A stretch of 64,000 bases of DNA. Source: the human T2T-CHM13v2.0 reference genome, Homo sapiens. Each line of letters starts with the position of its first letter. The stretch's first letter is position 1. Below, one piece after another: positions 1-12,577 of this stretch. The position numbers were made by a program, and so were the translations under genes. The notes below the pieces were generated by a model. It did not search any database. It had not been told where the DNA came from and worked only from the letters and a program-made list of their open reading frames with translations. The DNA lies in NCBI RefSeq assembly GCF_009914755.1, contig NC_060936.1. One strand, given 5' to 3'.

Positions 1-1182
1 ATTACAATCAGAGACATCATCTTTCTATGAAATGGGTTTTTTGTTGTTACTTTTGGTTGAGAGGATCTAAATAGGAAAACCTAAGGCCATTCAAATCTAA
101 ACCGTGTCAAACCTTTCTTTAATCAGTTGTACAAAACAAGCAATAGTATGGATCAGGTGTTCAATGATTGTATTTATTAGAGAAGAACAATTGATTCCAT
201 GTTGGCGGATATGTGACCATGACTCTTTTTAGGGTTTCCTGCTAAGTGTGATCAAACCAAAAGGACTACAGATTATTATATTCAAATCAATATTTTTGCT
301 GGCAAAAGAAAAGCATTCAGTGAGAAAAAAAGTATCTGCTTTTCAGAAGATCTCAGCCTCATGTATTATTGATGCAAAGATGATCAGATAAAAACTGGAA
401 CTTGGCAAGCTGTCAAATAAAAAATGCAGAGTGAATCAAAAATTTATAAAACAGTATTGAGTTATTACAATTCTATTATAGATACCAGTAATCATTTTTA
501 CTGAAACAAACCCTTTATATGACTGTACAGCTGGGATGTTAGGGTATGAGGATTTAAAACTCAACCTCATTTTGAGTGGAGGATACCACAAAATTAAAAA
601 TTAAGTGTAAAGAGTAAATGATTTAGGCACTGTTCAGTAGCAGATTGAATAAAAACAATAGAATTTTTTTTTTTTAATGGCAATGCTTTCCTTCTTGGGC
701 CACATTTTGCTGACTTCCTTGAAAAATTACTGGCATTAGATTCAGAGCAGGATGAATTGCTTTACAGGATCTGTAAACCTAATTTGAGCATGTGCCAAGA
801 ACATGCACGATGCAAGATGCTGGGGAGGAAAAATGACTTGGTGAAATATTTTGTCACTTATGGATTTTCTTTTATAGAAAAAAGATTCCAACTCTATAGT
901 TTTATTAGCTGCCTCATCTTGTATAGGGCCCGTCTCTCTCCCTTGCTAGAACTAACGTCTGACAATGCCAGAAATACATTCAAGAATGGAAAGATGACTG
1001 TCACCATTCTTAAATATTCAGAAGATAATTGCCAAAGTTAGAGCACCTTGACATAAAACATCCCTTTGGCCCCCAAGCCAATTTGCCTATCCAAGATCAA
1101 ATAAATAGCTATAATGATAAAATCATGCAAGTCTGGATACATAATCAGCATTTGAAAAATGGCACTAAGAAAGTTTAACATC

Positions 1183-1460
1183 GCCAGGCACGATGACTCA
1201 CATCTATAATCCCAGCACTTTGGGAGGCCAAGGCAAGTGGATTACTTGAGATCAGGAGTTCGAGACAAGCCTGGCCAACATGGTGAAACCCCCATCTCTA
1301 CTTAAAAAAAAACACAAAAATTAGCCAGGCATGGTGGGATTAGCATGTAGTCCCAGCTACTAGAGAGGCTGAGGCAGGATAATTGTTTGAACCTGGGAGG
1401 TGAGGTTGCAGTGAGCCCAAATCACGTCACTGCACTCCATCCTGGGTGACATTCCATAAA
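1183..1460 (+). mobile_element. Alu (AluS/J-like), full dimer
   Basis: GCCAGGCACGATGACTCACATCTATAATCCCAGCACTTTGGGAGGCC start, central A-rich linker, right arm ending CACTGCACTCCATCCTGGGTGACA; TSD-like GTTTAACA at 1173 and 2892. Confidence 0.97.
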
Positions 1461-2892
1461 AAAGAAAGGAAAGGAAGGGAAGGGAAGGGAAGGGAAGGGA
1501 AGGGAAGGGAAGGGAAGGGAAGGGAAGGGGAAGGAAAGGGAAGGAAAGGGAAGGAAAGGGAAGGAAAGGAAGGGAAGGGAAGGGAAGGGAAGGGAAACGA
1601 AGGGAAGGGAAAGGAAAGGAACGGAAGGGAAGGGAAGGGAAGAGAAAGGAAGGGAAAGGAAGGGAAGTAAAGGGAAAGGAAGGGAAGGAAAGGGAAATGA
1701 AGGGAAGGGAAAGGAAAGGAAGGGAATGGAAGGGAAAGGAAGGGAATGGAAGGGAAAGGAAGGGAATGGAAGGGAAAGGAAGGGAAGGGAAAGGAAGGGA
1801 AGGGAAGGGAAAGGAAGGGAAGGGAAAGGAAGGGAAGGGAAAGGAAGGGAAGGGAAAGGAAGGGAAGGGAAAGGAAGGGAAAGGAAGGGAAGGGAAGGGA
1901 AAGGGAAGGAAAGGGAAAGGGAAAGGAAGGGAAGGAAAGGGAAAGGAAGGGAAGGGAAAGGAAGAAAATGGAAAGGAAAGGAACAGAAGGGAAGGGAAAG
2001 GAAGGGAATGGAAGGGAAAGGAAGGGAATGGAAGGGAAAGGAAGGGAAGGGAAGGGAAAGGAAGAAAATGGAAAGGAAAGGAACAGAAGGGAAGGGAAAG
2101 GAAGGGAAAGGAAGGGAATGGAAGGGAAAGGAAGGGAATGGAAGGGAAAGGAAGGGAAGGGAAGGGAAAGGAAGGGAAGGGAAAGGAAAGGAAGGGAAGG
2201 GAAGGGAAGGGAAGGGAAGGGAAGGGAAGGGAAGTGAAGGGAAGGGAAGGGAAATGAAGGGAAGGGAAAGGAAAGGAACGGAAGGGAAGGGAAGGGAAGA
2301 GAAAGGAAGGGAAAGGAAAAGGAAGGGAAGGGAAAGGAAAGGAAGGAAAAGGAAGGGAAGGGAAGGGAAAGGAAGGGAAGGGAAGGGAAAGGAAGGGAAG
2401 GGAAAGGAAGGGAAGGGAAAGGAAGGGAAGGGAAAGGAAGGGAAGGGAAAGGAAGGAAGGGAAGGGAAGGGAAAGGAAGGGAAAGGAAGGGAAGGGAAAG
2501 GAAGGGAAGGGAAGGGAAGGGAAGGGAAAGGAAGGGAAGGAAAGGAAAAGGAAGGGAAGGGAAAGGAAGAAAATGCAAAGGAAAGGAACAGAAGGGAAGG
2601 GAAATGAAGGGAATGGAAGGGAAAGGAAGGGAATGGAAGGGAAAGGAAGGGAAGGGAAGGGAAAGGAAGGGAAGGAAAGGGAAAGGAAGGGAAGGAAAGG
2701 GAAAGGAAGGAAAGGGAAAGGAAAGGAAAGGGAAAGTAAAGGAAAGGAAAGGAATGGAAGAGAAGGGAAAGGAAGGGAATGGAAGGGAAAGGAAGGGAAA
2801 GGAAGGGAAAGGAAGGGAAGGGAAGGGAAGGGAAGGGAAAGGGGAAGGGAAGGGAAAGGGAAAGGGAAAGGGAAAGGGAAAGGAAAGGAAGG
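1457..2892 (+). repeat. Complex polypurine (AAGGG/AAAGG)n satellite in Alu tail
   Basis: ~1.43 kb of almost only A/G; GGAAG/GGAAA pentamers with scattered T/C interruptions. Confidence 0.98.
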
Positions 2893-2941
2893 TTTAACAA
2901 TGAGGCCTGCATTCTGTCCTTGGCTTTTTCTCTCTGCCTAG

Positions 2942-2990
2942 GCAAAGAACAAAGAGGGTCTCTTGGAGCTGAAAACAATTCCAAAGCAAG
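2942..2990 (+). ncRNA. Candidate 49-nt internal exon of an unknown transcript
   Basis: Acceptor TTGGCTTTTTCTCTCTGCCTAG| and donor AAG|GTAAGT, both near consensus; no recognisable protein. Confidence 0.4.
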
Positions 2991-4389
2991 GTAAGTATAG
3001 AGCACAACCAGAAACATTGGCCCTGGTCACTTTGTCTTTTAGAAACAGAATTGACTCCACTTAAATGGATCTTATAAAGAGGCAGAAAGGGAGAAATGCC
3101 TTGCTTAATCAGACCCAGAGCCAAATTACCCCATATTATGACCAAGATAAGAAAATGTGGTAAACTTTCATCAGACTTAAAATGTTCAACATTGAACATT
3201 TTACCTAGAATTCTGATGCCAAGAAATCTGCAGGATGCATCAATCACTATAATGAAATAGCACAAAAAAACTCAGATTCTCTGCTGTGATATAAGAATTA
3301 TGTTGAATCATTATTTTTTGGCTTAATGTTTCATTCATGTCACCGTGACTGTTTTCAAGAACATAAGGAAAAAGCAAATACAAGGAGAATTTTAATTTCC
3401 TACTGAGAACCAACTTTAAAAAGTTCCCATGGCCCTTGCATTTGTCTTGGGTAACTGGTTATGTGCTCTGCTGTGTTCCCAAGATTAGGAGTTAATTATT
3501 CAGTGTTGATTATCCCAGTTACTAGGCTAGCGAACTCAACAAGAGCCAGATGAGGGCTGGAGATCAAGTGAGCCATGAGATCTCAAGTAAGAACAAACTC
3601 AGTGTTTGGAATGGGCCCGCTGTTGCATGCTCTGCCTCTGTCAGAATCCAGTGAGGAAAACAGAGGCCACATTAAGTATTGCACACAGAAGAGATTTAGC
3701 ACAAGGAGTTGGTTACATGTGTGTCAATAAAGGGCACAGCCTTTTGGACAAAGTATAAATAAAAATCCCTCGGGTGAAATGCTCTCCAACTGCACACAGG
3801 AGTTTGGTAGGCTTAGCCAACCACCCTGCTTCAAACTGCATTTCAGCCATTTGGATCTCCTGACTTGCTTCTATTGGGAAGAATAAACTCTATCCTCATT
3901 TCCTATCATCTATTGCAGCATGAAGTGACTGAAAATTGTTAAGCAATTACTGTGTTTCACCAACCGGGTGCCTTTGGCCGTAAGGGGCCTTTTGGGTTTG
4001 CAATAGCTCTACTGTCATTCCCCTTCTTTGACTGATTCTGGTACGAATTGCTAATGGCTTCCAAACTGTGGTCCTCTCTCTCACTAGAAGAGAAGTCAGA
4101 TTCCTTCAAAAACGAAGTTTGCTCTTAGGTATATGTAGCGATGATGGGAGTGGAAGGGTAGCAGCAGAGGAAACGGACAGAGACACTCACCTCTAACACT
4201 AATCAATACCACTGATGAGTCCTGTTGGTTCTGCCTCCTAATTATCTCTCGAATTCATTCCCTTCACTACTCCCACAGCCACGGTGTTCCGCCAGGTCAT
4301 TTCCTCTCTCAGCTTAAATATCACAACAGCCTCCTAACTGATTCCTCTGCCTTCTACCCAGCTCTCTCTCTATTCATAATTCTCCATAG

Positions 4390-5232
4390 CAGTGGTTCTT
4401 TACCAGGGGTGCACTGCCGCATCTGTTCCCACCCCCTACCAGCAGATATTTGAAAATGTGTGAGAGCGTTTGGGGGTTGTTGTGAAATGGAGGTGGGGCA
4501 TGCTGGCTGGCATTAAAAGGCAAGATCAAGGATACTGAAATGCCTACTTGTGTTCATTTCCTATTGCTGTGCTAAAAAAAAAAGTACTGCAAACTTCACA
4601 GCATAAAACACTCATTTGCCATCTTACAGTTCTGGAGGTCAGCTGTCTGACCATGGCGTGACTGGTCTAAGATCAAAGTTTCAGCAGGGCTGCATTTCTT
4701 AACGAGAAGCCCAGGGGGAAGAATCCCCTTCTTAGGTCATTCAGATTGTTAGCAGAATTCAGTTCCATGTGGGTGTAGGACTGTGGTTCCAACTTTCTTG
4801 CTGGGTCTCAGCAATATTATTCTCAGCTTCCAGGGGACTCCCACATGTGTTAGCTGATGGTCTCCTTCATCTTCAATACTAGTAATGATGGATTGAATCT
4901 TTCTCATGCCTTGTGCCTCCTGCCTTCTTTTCTGCCATTCCTTTTTCTGGCTCATCTGTCTTCCTCTTCCACTTGTAAAGGCCCATGATTAGACTGGGTC
5001 CATCCAATCTAAGTACTCCAGGATAATTTTCCTAACTTAAGGTTTATAACTCTAATTGTGTTTGTAAAGTTCCTTTTGCCATGCAATGTAACATGTTTAT
5101 AGATTCTGGGAATTAAGACATGGACATCTTTGGGGAATCACGAATCTGCCAGCTACACCTGGAATGACTGATCTTCATAACAAAGAATTGTTTCATCCAA
5201 AATTCTAATAGCAGCCCTGTTGACAAATACTG
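4390..5232 (+). mobile_element. MER20-like hAT-Charlie element split by an LTR
   Basis: CAGTGGTTCTT start; 3' part ACAAAGAATTGTTTCATCCAAAATTCTAATAG...GACAAATACTG resumes after the LTR. Confidence 0.65.
4549..5157 (-). mobile_element. MLT1 (MaLR) solo LTR, MLT1D/E-like
   Basis: TTTCCTATTGCTG...TCTTACAGTTCTGGAGGTCAG...GGGAATTAAGACATGGACATCTTTGGGG. Confidence 0.85.
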
Positions 5233-6052
5233 AGTGGGTGGTCTTTCTAAAATACAAATCTGATCGTGCCTCTTTTTTGCTTTAAAATCCATCAGGAAAA
5301 TTCCCATTGCCCTAAAGACAAAATCCAGGGCAAAGCCTTACCATGTTTTCAGGAAAGTTCTTTATAATCAAGCATCTCTGCTAATCTCTAACTCACATCT
5401 CACCATTCTGCCTCTGTCTCTGCCTCCTGGCTCCTGCCACACTGGATGATTTTCTGACCATCCTATGGAATCTCTTACCTTTTAATGTTCACCAAGGCTA
5501 TTTCTTCCACCTGGGGCACTCCTTCCCCAAACTCTTACCCACCTCCCTTAACGCAACTAATTCCAACTCAACTTTCAGGTTTCAATTTAATATCTTAGTT
5601 CCTTGTGAAAGCCTGCTATAATCCTACAAGTTAGAGTTAGAAATCATTCCCATATGTTGTCATAGCAGCCACGTGGCCACACACACATCATTTATCATAC
5701 TGCTTTGTAATTTTTTTTGCCTGTCTTTGATTCCCCGTAAGCTCTAAGCTGTAAGAAGGCAGGGATGGTGTCTTATTTGCTGTTTTATCTATAGCACTCA
5801 ACTCATACCTGGCATATATTTACCATCAACAAATATTTATTCATTAAATAAATTACTTCATCATGTAGACTTTTATACAAAGAGTGCAATAAACTTGGTT
5901 TCAACTGCTCTATAATAGAGACATAATTATAACAATAGTCAAGCACCAAATTTTGTCATTCAGGGACCATTTCATTTGAACTCTCTATCTGTATGAAGTA
6001 GAAATTATTATTGAGCCAATGTTATGGAGAAAATTGAAACTCAAAAAGGATA

Positions 6053-6440
<388 letters not shown>

Positions 6441-7077
6441 CTAGTTTCTGATTCCAAGCCAATACCATGGTACCTTTCTGAACCAAAAAGAGTACCTTAC
6501 AGTTTATAAAACATTATGCCACAGTCCTCATAACCTCACTCTAAGATTAAAATGTTGATCTCTTTTTTGGACATGAAGAAAGGTACTCATCAAAGTTAAG
6601 TGACTTGGCCAAAATCACACAGCTAATATGTGGCAAATTCAGACTAAAAGTCAGATATTTTAATTACATTCCTCTTGTTCTAACTATACCATCTACAAAC
6701 TGGGAAGAGGCTAGAACTTGGAGAGTGGAAGAAACTACCTTGGTAAGGTATTCTCAAAATCTTTGTGTCATCATCTCATACCTCCCTGCACACACACAGC
6801 CAATAAAGAACTTAGACCAATGAAAAATCTATTTAGAAAAAAAAAGGAACTCCTCTATTCATGAATCACTTATATATTATGCAGGTGGCAAAAAGAGAGA
6901 GAAAATGTTATGTGAATTTAATCTCCAAAAAGATGATAGGTGGTGAATAATGGCAGTTAGTTAGCTTGAGAACAAATGTTGATTATCATAGTTATCAGAA
7001 TACACACATGGTATAGAATCCAACCTTGAGATAAGAAATCTGTCACTATAGTGTATGGGTCAGGACTCTGTTGGCTC

Positions 7078-7602
7078 CATTGTAGCCAGCGTCCAACAGG
7101 GCCTCTGGTAGTCTTTCCCTCTTGGTATTCATATCCTTGTATATTCCCCTCCCATATGGAATCAAGATTGACCTAGTAAACAACAGAATACTAAAGATGT
7201 GATGGTATGTCATTTTCAAGGTTAAGTCATAAAAGACATTTACATCTTCCACCTTGGTCTCCTGGATCGCTTAACTTAGGGAAAGCCATCCGCCATATCG
7301 TGAGAGCACAAGCCAGGCTGGGGAGAGGTTTCTGTGTGAAGAACTGAAACCCCCTACCAAGAGTCAGTACAGGCTTATCACCACATGGCTAAGCTACCTT
7401 GGAAGCAGATCTTCTAGCCCCAGTCAAGCCTTTAAGTGGCTGTAGCTCCAGCAAACATCTGAATGAACATTATGAGAAATCCCAAGTCAAAACCACCCAG
7501 CCAAGCAGCTTCGAATCCCTGACCCACAGAAACTGAGAGATAATAAATGTATATTTTTGTCTTAACCCACTAATTTATTACACAGAGATAGATAACAATA
7601 CA
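7078..7602 (+). mobile_element. MLT1F/G-like solo LTR
   Basis: CCCCAGTCAAGCCTTT...CCACCCAGCCAAGC...CCTGACCCACAGAAACTGAGAGATAATAAATG...GATAGATAACAATACA. Confidence 0.8.
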
Positions 7603-9149
7603 GGCAACGAGTGACAACTCCTATTTGAACTAGCTTTAAACAAACTGGGACCTCTTAACCTATGTAAGTAAGGAAAGTCTCAGGAGACATGGCCTTAGGG
7701 AGAGTGGAACTAGATACTCCGAAGGGGCCAGGCTCCTTTTTCTTTCTCTCTCATCTCTGCTTCTCTCTGCACATAAGTTGCATTCTCTTAGTCTTCTTCC
7801 ACCTGACAGAAAACATGGCCACCAACGCCATCAGGCATTACCTCTGACTTTCTCCCATCCCAAGTTCTAAAAGCATGGAAAGTACTCCAGTTGGCCTAAA
7901 AATGGATCACTTGCTCATCCTAGACCAATCAGTGGAGGCCTAGCTGGTGGAATCAGTAAAAATATCTATTTCCATCCAAACCGCATTATTAGGGTGAGGA
8001 AAAGAACATTTCTTAGAAACAACATGGGGTGGGCAGTTTCCTTGGAAGAGAAACAAGCAGTCCACTGCTCACTGTATGTTCACATAGGAGAATGAAGACA
8101 CATACGTATGCATGCACAAGGGGTTTCTCTATGCTAATCCTGGGGTGACAGTAAACATCATTTTCATGAATCATTTTGTCACCTGGCCCTAAGGAAAAGG
8201 CTCTCTCTAGCCAGGAAAACACATCAGCCAGATTTCCAATGAGAAGTAAATCTTATCTTTCAAAGAGAAAGGAAAAAAAATAGCCTAAAGCAGCCCCAAA
8301 GTAGAAAATACCTCTGAGATTTCTTTCCTGAGAACCTAGGGTCTAGATGATGAGAGAGGAATAACAATAATAATGATAATAGATGCCATCTATCATGCAC
8401 ATGTCAGGTACATTAAGCTACTGGATATCATTTTGACTCATATCACACAACTGATAAATGCCAGAGCCTAGATGACTCCTGAGTCTGTCTGCTGCCAAAG
8501 TCTAAACACTTAATCACTATGCAAAATACCAGAGAAGGAATTACAGAAGCCCAAGCCTCAACCAAGACCATGGTTAGCTCCTAAGCTAAAGAAAAGCAGA
8601 GCAAGCTGTCCTCAGCTCAGAAGCTATTTTCTGTAAATTTCATGTCAACCAAGATCTCATTTCAGCATTCCCCTGAGAGCCAGGTGGAAGAACTGAACTC
8701 CAGCTCACTCCTGCTGCTCTTGTCTATGAAACAGAGCAAGACCCAATGCAAAAGTTTTCAGAATTTTGTTATAACAAAATCTCTATTTTTCATTGTCTTC
8801 AGAAATAAGTTTTGCAAATCAATTCCAGCTTTGGGTGGTTCTCAGAGGCAGTTACATAAAAAGAAAGCCCATGTGACTCATTCCTGCTGAGAGTGGGCCA
8901 CTTTGCTCTCTTGGAAAAAGGGAATTTAAGTGTTCATCAAGGCAGGCATGACATCATCACTGACAAGTCAGGCCAACCTTCAGATGAGGACCATGTCTGT
9001 TGTTTGTTAAGTGTGTCTTGGGGAAGTTAATACTTCATGTCAAGGTTTCTTTATCTGAAAAAAAAACGTGCCTCTATCTCATATTTCACAAGGTGATTGT
9101 GAAGACCGAATGAGACAACACATGTGGAAACACCTAGCAAAGTACTTAA

Positions 9150-9570
9150 TGCTATGGTTTGAATGTCTGTCCCCTTCAAACCTTCCATTGAAATTTGATC
9201 CCATGTTGGAGGTGGGGCCTAATGAGGGGTGTTTGGGTCCCCATTGTAGATCCCTCATGAATAGAGTAATGCCCTTCCTTGGGGGTGAGTGAATTCCCAG
9301 TCTATGAGTTCCTGCTAGAGTTGGTTTTAAAAAGAGCCTGGCACCTACTCCAGTCTTGTTTTTTTTTTTATCACCATGTGATCTCTGCACACACTGGATT
9401 CCCTCGCTTTCTGCCATGGGTGGAAGCAGCCTGAGGACTTCACCAGATGCCCAACCTTGAACTTTTTCAAACATCAGAAATAAAGTGAAATGACTGAAAT
9501 AAACCTTTTTTCTTTATAAATTACCCAGTCCCAGGTATTCCCTTATAACAACACAAAATGGACTGAAACA
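9150..9570 (+). mobile_element. MST (MSTB-like) solo LTR inserted in a MIR
   Basis: TGCTATGGTTTGAATGTCTGTCCCC...ATAAATTACCCAGTCCCAGGTATTC...GGACTGAAACA; flanks CTTAA/CTTGA. Confidence 0.9.
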
Positions 9571-10279
9571 CTTGATAAACATTTGTGACATTTGTCTTTC
9601 ATCATCATGGCTTTGTTTTGCTCTATGTTACAGTGCATGCGGCTTTTCTCCTCAAGGAGGTTCTAAGTTCCACTTGGCAGCATCACTGTCTTATTCCCAC
9701 TGTGTGTCCCACACATCACTCATGAGCAGGTAGGGCTTGATGTGCTGATAGTGGGTTGTGCTGGACTCCACAGAAAGCAAATTTTCAAAACCTACAAGCA
9801 ACATGTTTTCTGGCATGCCACAATATGCCATCATCTCACTAGACAATAATAATATACATGAACACTTGAAAATTTGAACAGACAGATATCTAACCTAATT
9901 GACTCAGTGGCTATAAGAGACAAGTCTATGGATACATATAAACATTTTAATCCTACTTGGCAAAAAGTGTGTCAATGGGTGTAAGGAGTTAGTTATAGCC
10001 TCCACTCTCATCTGGGCAACTATGCCCTTTCTCCAACCCCTGTTGACAAGGCAACCCCAAGGTGGCCACACTGCAAACTAAATGATCTCTTCAAGTTTAT
10101 GCAGTTGCACATTTGGCTGGACCAGAGACAGCAAAATATGATGCAACTAGGAATCAGATGAAGATTTAGACCAATCAGATCCTTTCCCTTGAGAGCATGA
10201 ACTTCGAAATACCAAGGAACAAGGCAGCGCCAGATGGGCATTCAAACTGAAAGAATACCATTGGAAGACAAATTAGAGT

Positions 10280-10510
10280 AGCGGGTGAAGGCTAGAGTCA
10301 GTCAGCCTGGATCCCTGTGTTAGCTTTGTCAGTTCCTGCCTATGTGATCTTGGGAAAGGTACTTTCTCCAAGTGTTCTCATCTGTAATATGGAGATGATA
10401 ACAGGACTTCCCTCATGAAGTTAGTATGAGGATTAAAGAGTAAATGTATATGAAAAGTACTTGGATGGCTGACACATAGTTAGAGCTATATAAACAATGG
10501 CTGTCATTAT
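10280..10510 (+). mobile_element. MIR SINE
   Basis: TGTGATCTTGGGAAAG...TTCTCATCTGTAATATGGAGATGATAA...TGAGGATTAAA. Confidence 0.8.
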
Positions 10511-11830
10511 CAGGTAGACTCCAAGATCAAGTAAAGCCCACACCATGTGCAGAAAACAATGAGAAAGTAGAAACTATGAGAATGCCTAGGAAGCTCTGAG
10601 GTCAATACTGAGAGAAGAATAGGGTATGTGCATGGGGAACCCATGAGTCACACAGACCCTCTAAAGCATGAGAAAGACACACAGAGCATAAGATATTTTC
10701 AAGCTGACCCCTCTCAAATGTCCTTCAGCTCCTTGGAGTATGGGTCAACCTGCCTGTTCTCTGAGCTGGGAAACCTAAAGAACCTAATATTTGGTACAAG
10801 ACGGAGCCTGAACAAACAGAATTGTGTTTTTACTGAAAGTCCACAAAGGCTTCATGAAGATGATGTATCCCAATTTTTTTCAGTAAAGAGATAAAAATGA
10901 GGCCACGAAAAAACAACATTGACATGCCCCTTACCTCATCATAAATTGCTGGTGAAAGCCCCAAGTTGGCACATCTGAGCTTTCTCCATCTAGCAAGTGA
11001 TAACCCTTATCAAAGGAGCAGAGTCTGAAGCAAAGAATGTCTTGCAGCCCCGATAAGCTCCAAGGCACTGGGCCAGGGTAATGGACCATAGGCGATGGAG
11101 TGGGGTCTGCCAAGCTCAATAATACAGCATTGTGGCTGCATTGGAAAATGTTTTAATTTACATTTTCAAGCGCAAAATATTTTCCCCTCATGCTTTAGCT
11201 AAATTAGGTAGTTAAAGTCTGTGAAGTGGCAGTAATTGGAAACAATGGATTTTATATTTGACATTTATTATTTTAGTGGAATCTGTTTTACATTTACATC
11301 AAACATCTAAGGACCCCTGCAGAAGTTTCCTTTGCTATTGCATTATCATTTAGCTCTAATAATGCACTTTGAATTCCCAATTCTCAATTATAATTATATC
11401 ATTTCAGATAGAGTAAGAGATGGAGTAGAGATAAACCTTCACTGGAAATTGTACGCCTGTGCTTTCCTTTCCTTGTGTTGAACTTTGATACATTAATAAT
11501 TTGCTCAATATATTTTTATCCTAATTCTTTAAAGTTTCATATTGTTCTCTAATTACTTTATATATTTTGATCTTACTTCCCCAAAAACCTACTTAGGGAC
11601 AAAGATCATGTTTTGTCCATATATTTGCTTGAATATAAGTACATAATGAGAATCAAGATATGTTTCTCTACTCAGAACAGATCAGTGTTATCTTATGGGA
11701 AGTGGGGAGTAGAATCCAAGGGAGGACAAAATTCCATTTTGTTTAAGGAAAGATTTTCTTACAGAGCTGCTCGAGATGGATTAGGCTGATTCAGAAAGTA
11801 GTGAATTCTTAGTCCCCAGAAATGTTCAAA

Positions 11831-11965
11831 GGAAACTTTAAATAATCACCCTTCCTATTCTCTAATTTGACTCAAACTAAAAATTATAAAATATAGTTGT
11901 CAGAAGTTCTACAGATAAGTTTCGGCTTTACCTAAAGCTCTGCTGTAATGGATGTCCCATCTGAG
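11831..11965 (+). repeat. 135-bp direct repeat, copy 1
   Basis: Ungapped match to 13250-13384; 18 mismatches counted by hand (~87% identity). Confidence 0.93.
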
Positions 11966-11994
11966 ACCACTTCATAACAAGGAAACGGGCCAAG

Positions 11995-12150
11995 AATGAA
12001 AAGGTTTGGAGTCAGAAAGAATTGGGTTTGACTCATAGCTTCACAACTTAATTCTGTGTGATCATGGGCAAAATGACCTAATCTCTCTAAGCTTAAGTTT
12101 CCTAATCTTGCAATGACATTAATAATGTAACTCTTATGAAAATTGAGAAT
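11995..12150 (+). mobile_element. MIR SINE
   Basis: TTTGGAGTCAGA...TGTGTGATCATGGGCAAA...CTAAGCTTAAGTTTCCT. Confidence 0.75.
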
Positions 12151-12462
12151 AGGTACCCTTGTAATGAACTGGATGTCCTGAAGAGCCCCCAGTACTTAAG
12201 ACAGCCCACTTCATTTGTGGTGGGGGAAAGTTAAAAAATACCATTTAATTCTTGACTTTCATAATTACAGAAATACAAACTGATCAAACTTTTGGAACAG
12301 AACTCAAAGACAGCCACCAGAAATAAAAAAAAAAAAAAGAATGTGTACCTTTCAAATCACAGGGAAAACTGAAAGTGACAGAGAACAAAGAAAAAAGAAA
12401 GGAAACCTAAGACAACAGAAACTATAAAGCAAAATGACATAAGGAAAATAACCTGTGTTTGT

Positions 12463-12577
12463 TAATGCAAATTAAAATATTAATGCCAGGAGCTAATACT
12501 TTAGTGTTAAAGTTCCTTAAATTATTAGTTATCTACTAAAGCATTAGTTCCTGGTACTAATACTTTAATTTGCATTA
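12463..12577. repeat. Inverted repeat: 43-bp arms, 29-nt loop
   Basis: 12463-12505 is the reverse complement of 12535-12577 with 5 mismatches, all transitions. Confidence 0.92.

Larger units (their letters stand above)
4200..5850. mobile_element. L2 LINE fragments interrupted by MER20 and MLT1
   Basis: L2-like blocks: CAACAGCCTCCTAACTGA, AAATCTGATCGTGCC, CTCTAAGCTGTAAGAAGGCAGGGA, ATACCTGGCATAT...AATATTTATT. Confidence 0.7.

Noticed and set aside
1183-2892. Identification as the RFC1 CANVAS locus
   Set aside because: No RFC1 exons are recognisable in 64 kb and the array is heavily interrupted; only the layout is similar.
1422-3017. Long ORFs (531, 383, 293 aa and others) rich in FPSL or GKER
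   Set aside because: Translations of the purine/pyrimidine satellite, which lacks stop codons by composition.
10936-10990. Minus-strand exon candidate ending GAG|GTAAGG
   Set aside because: Weak pyrimidine tract and no recognisable peptide; expected by chance.
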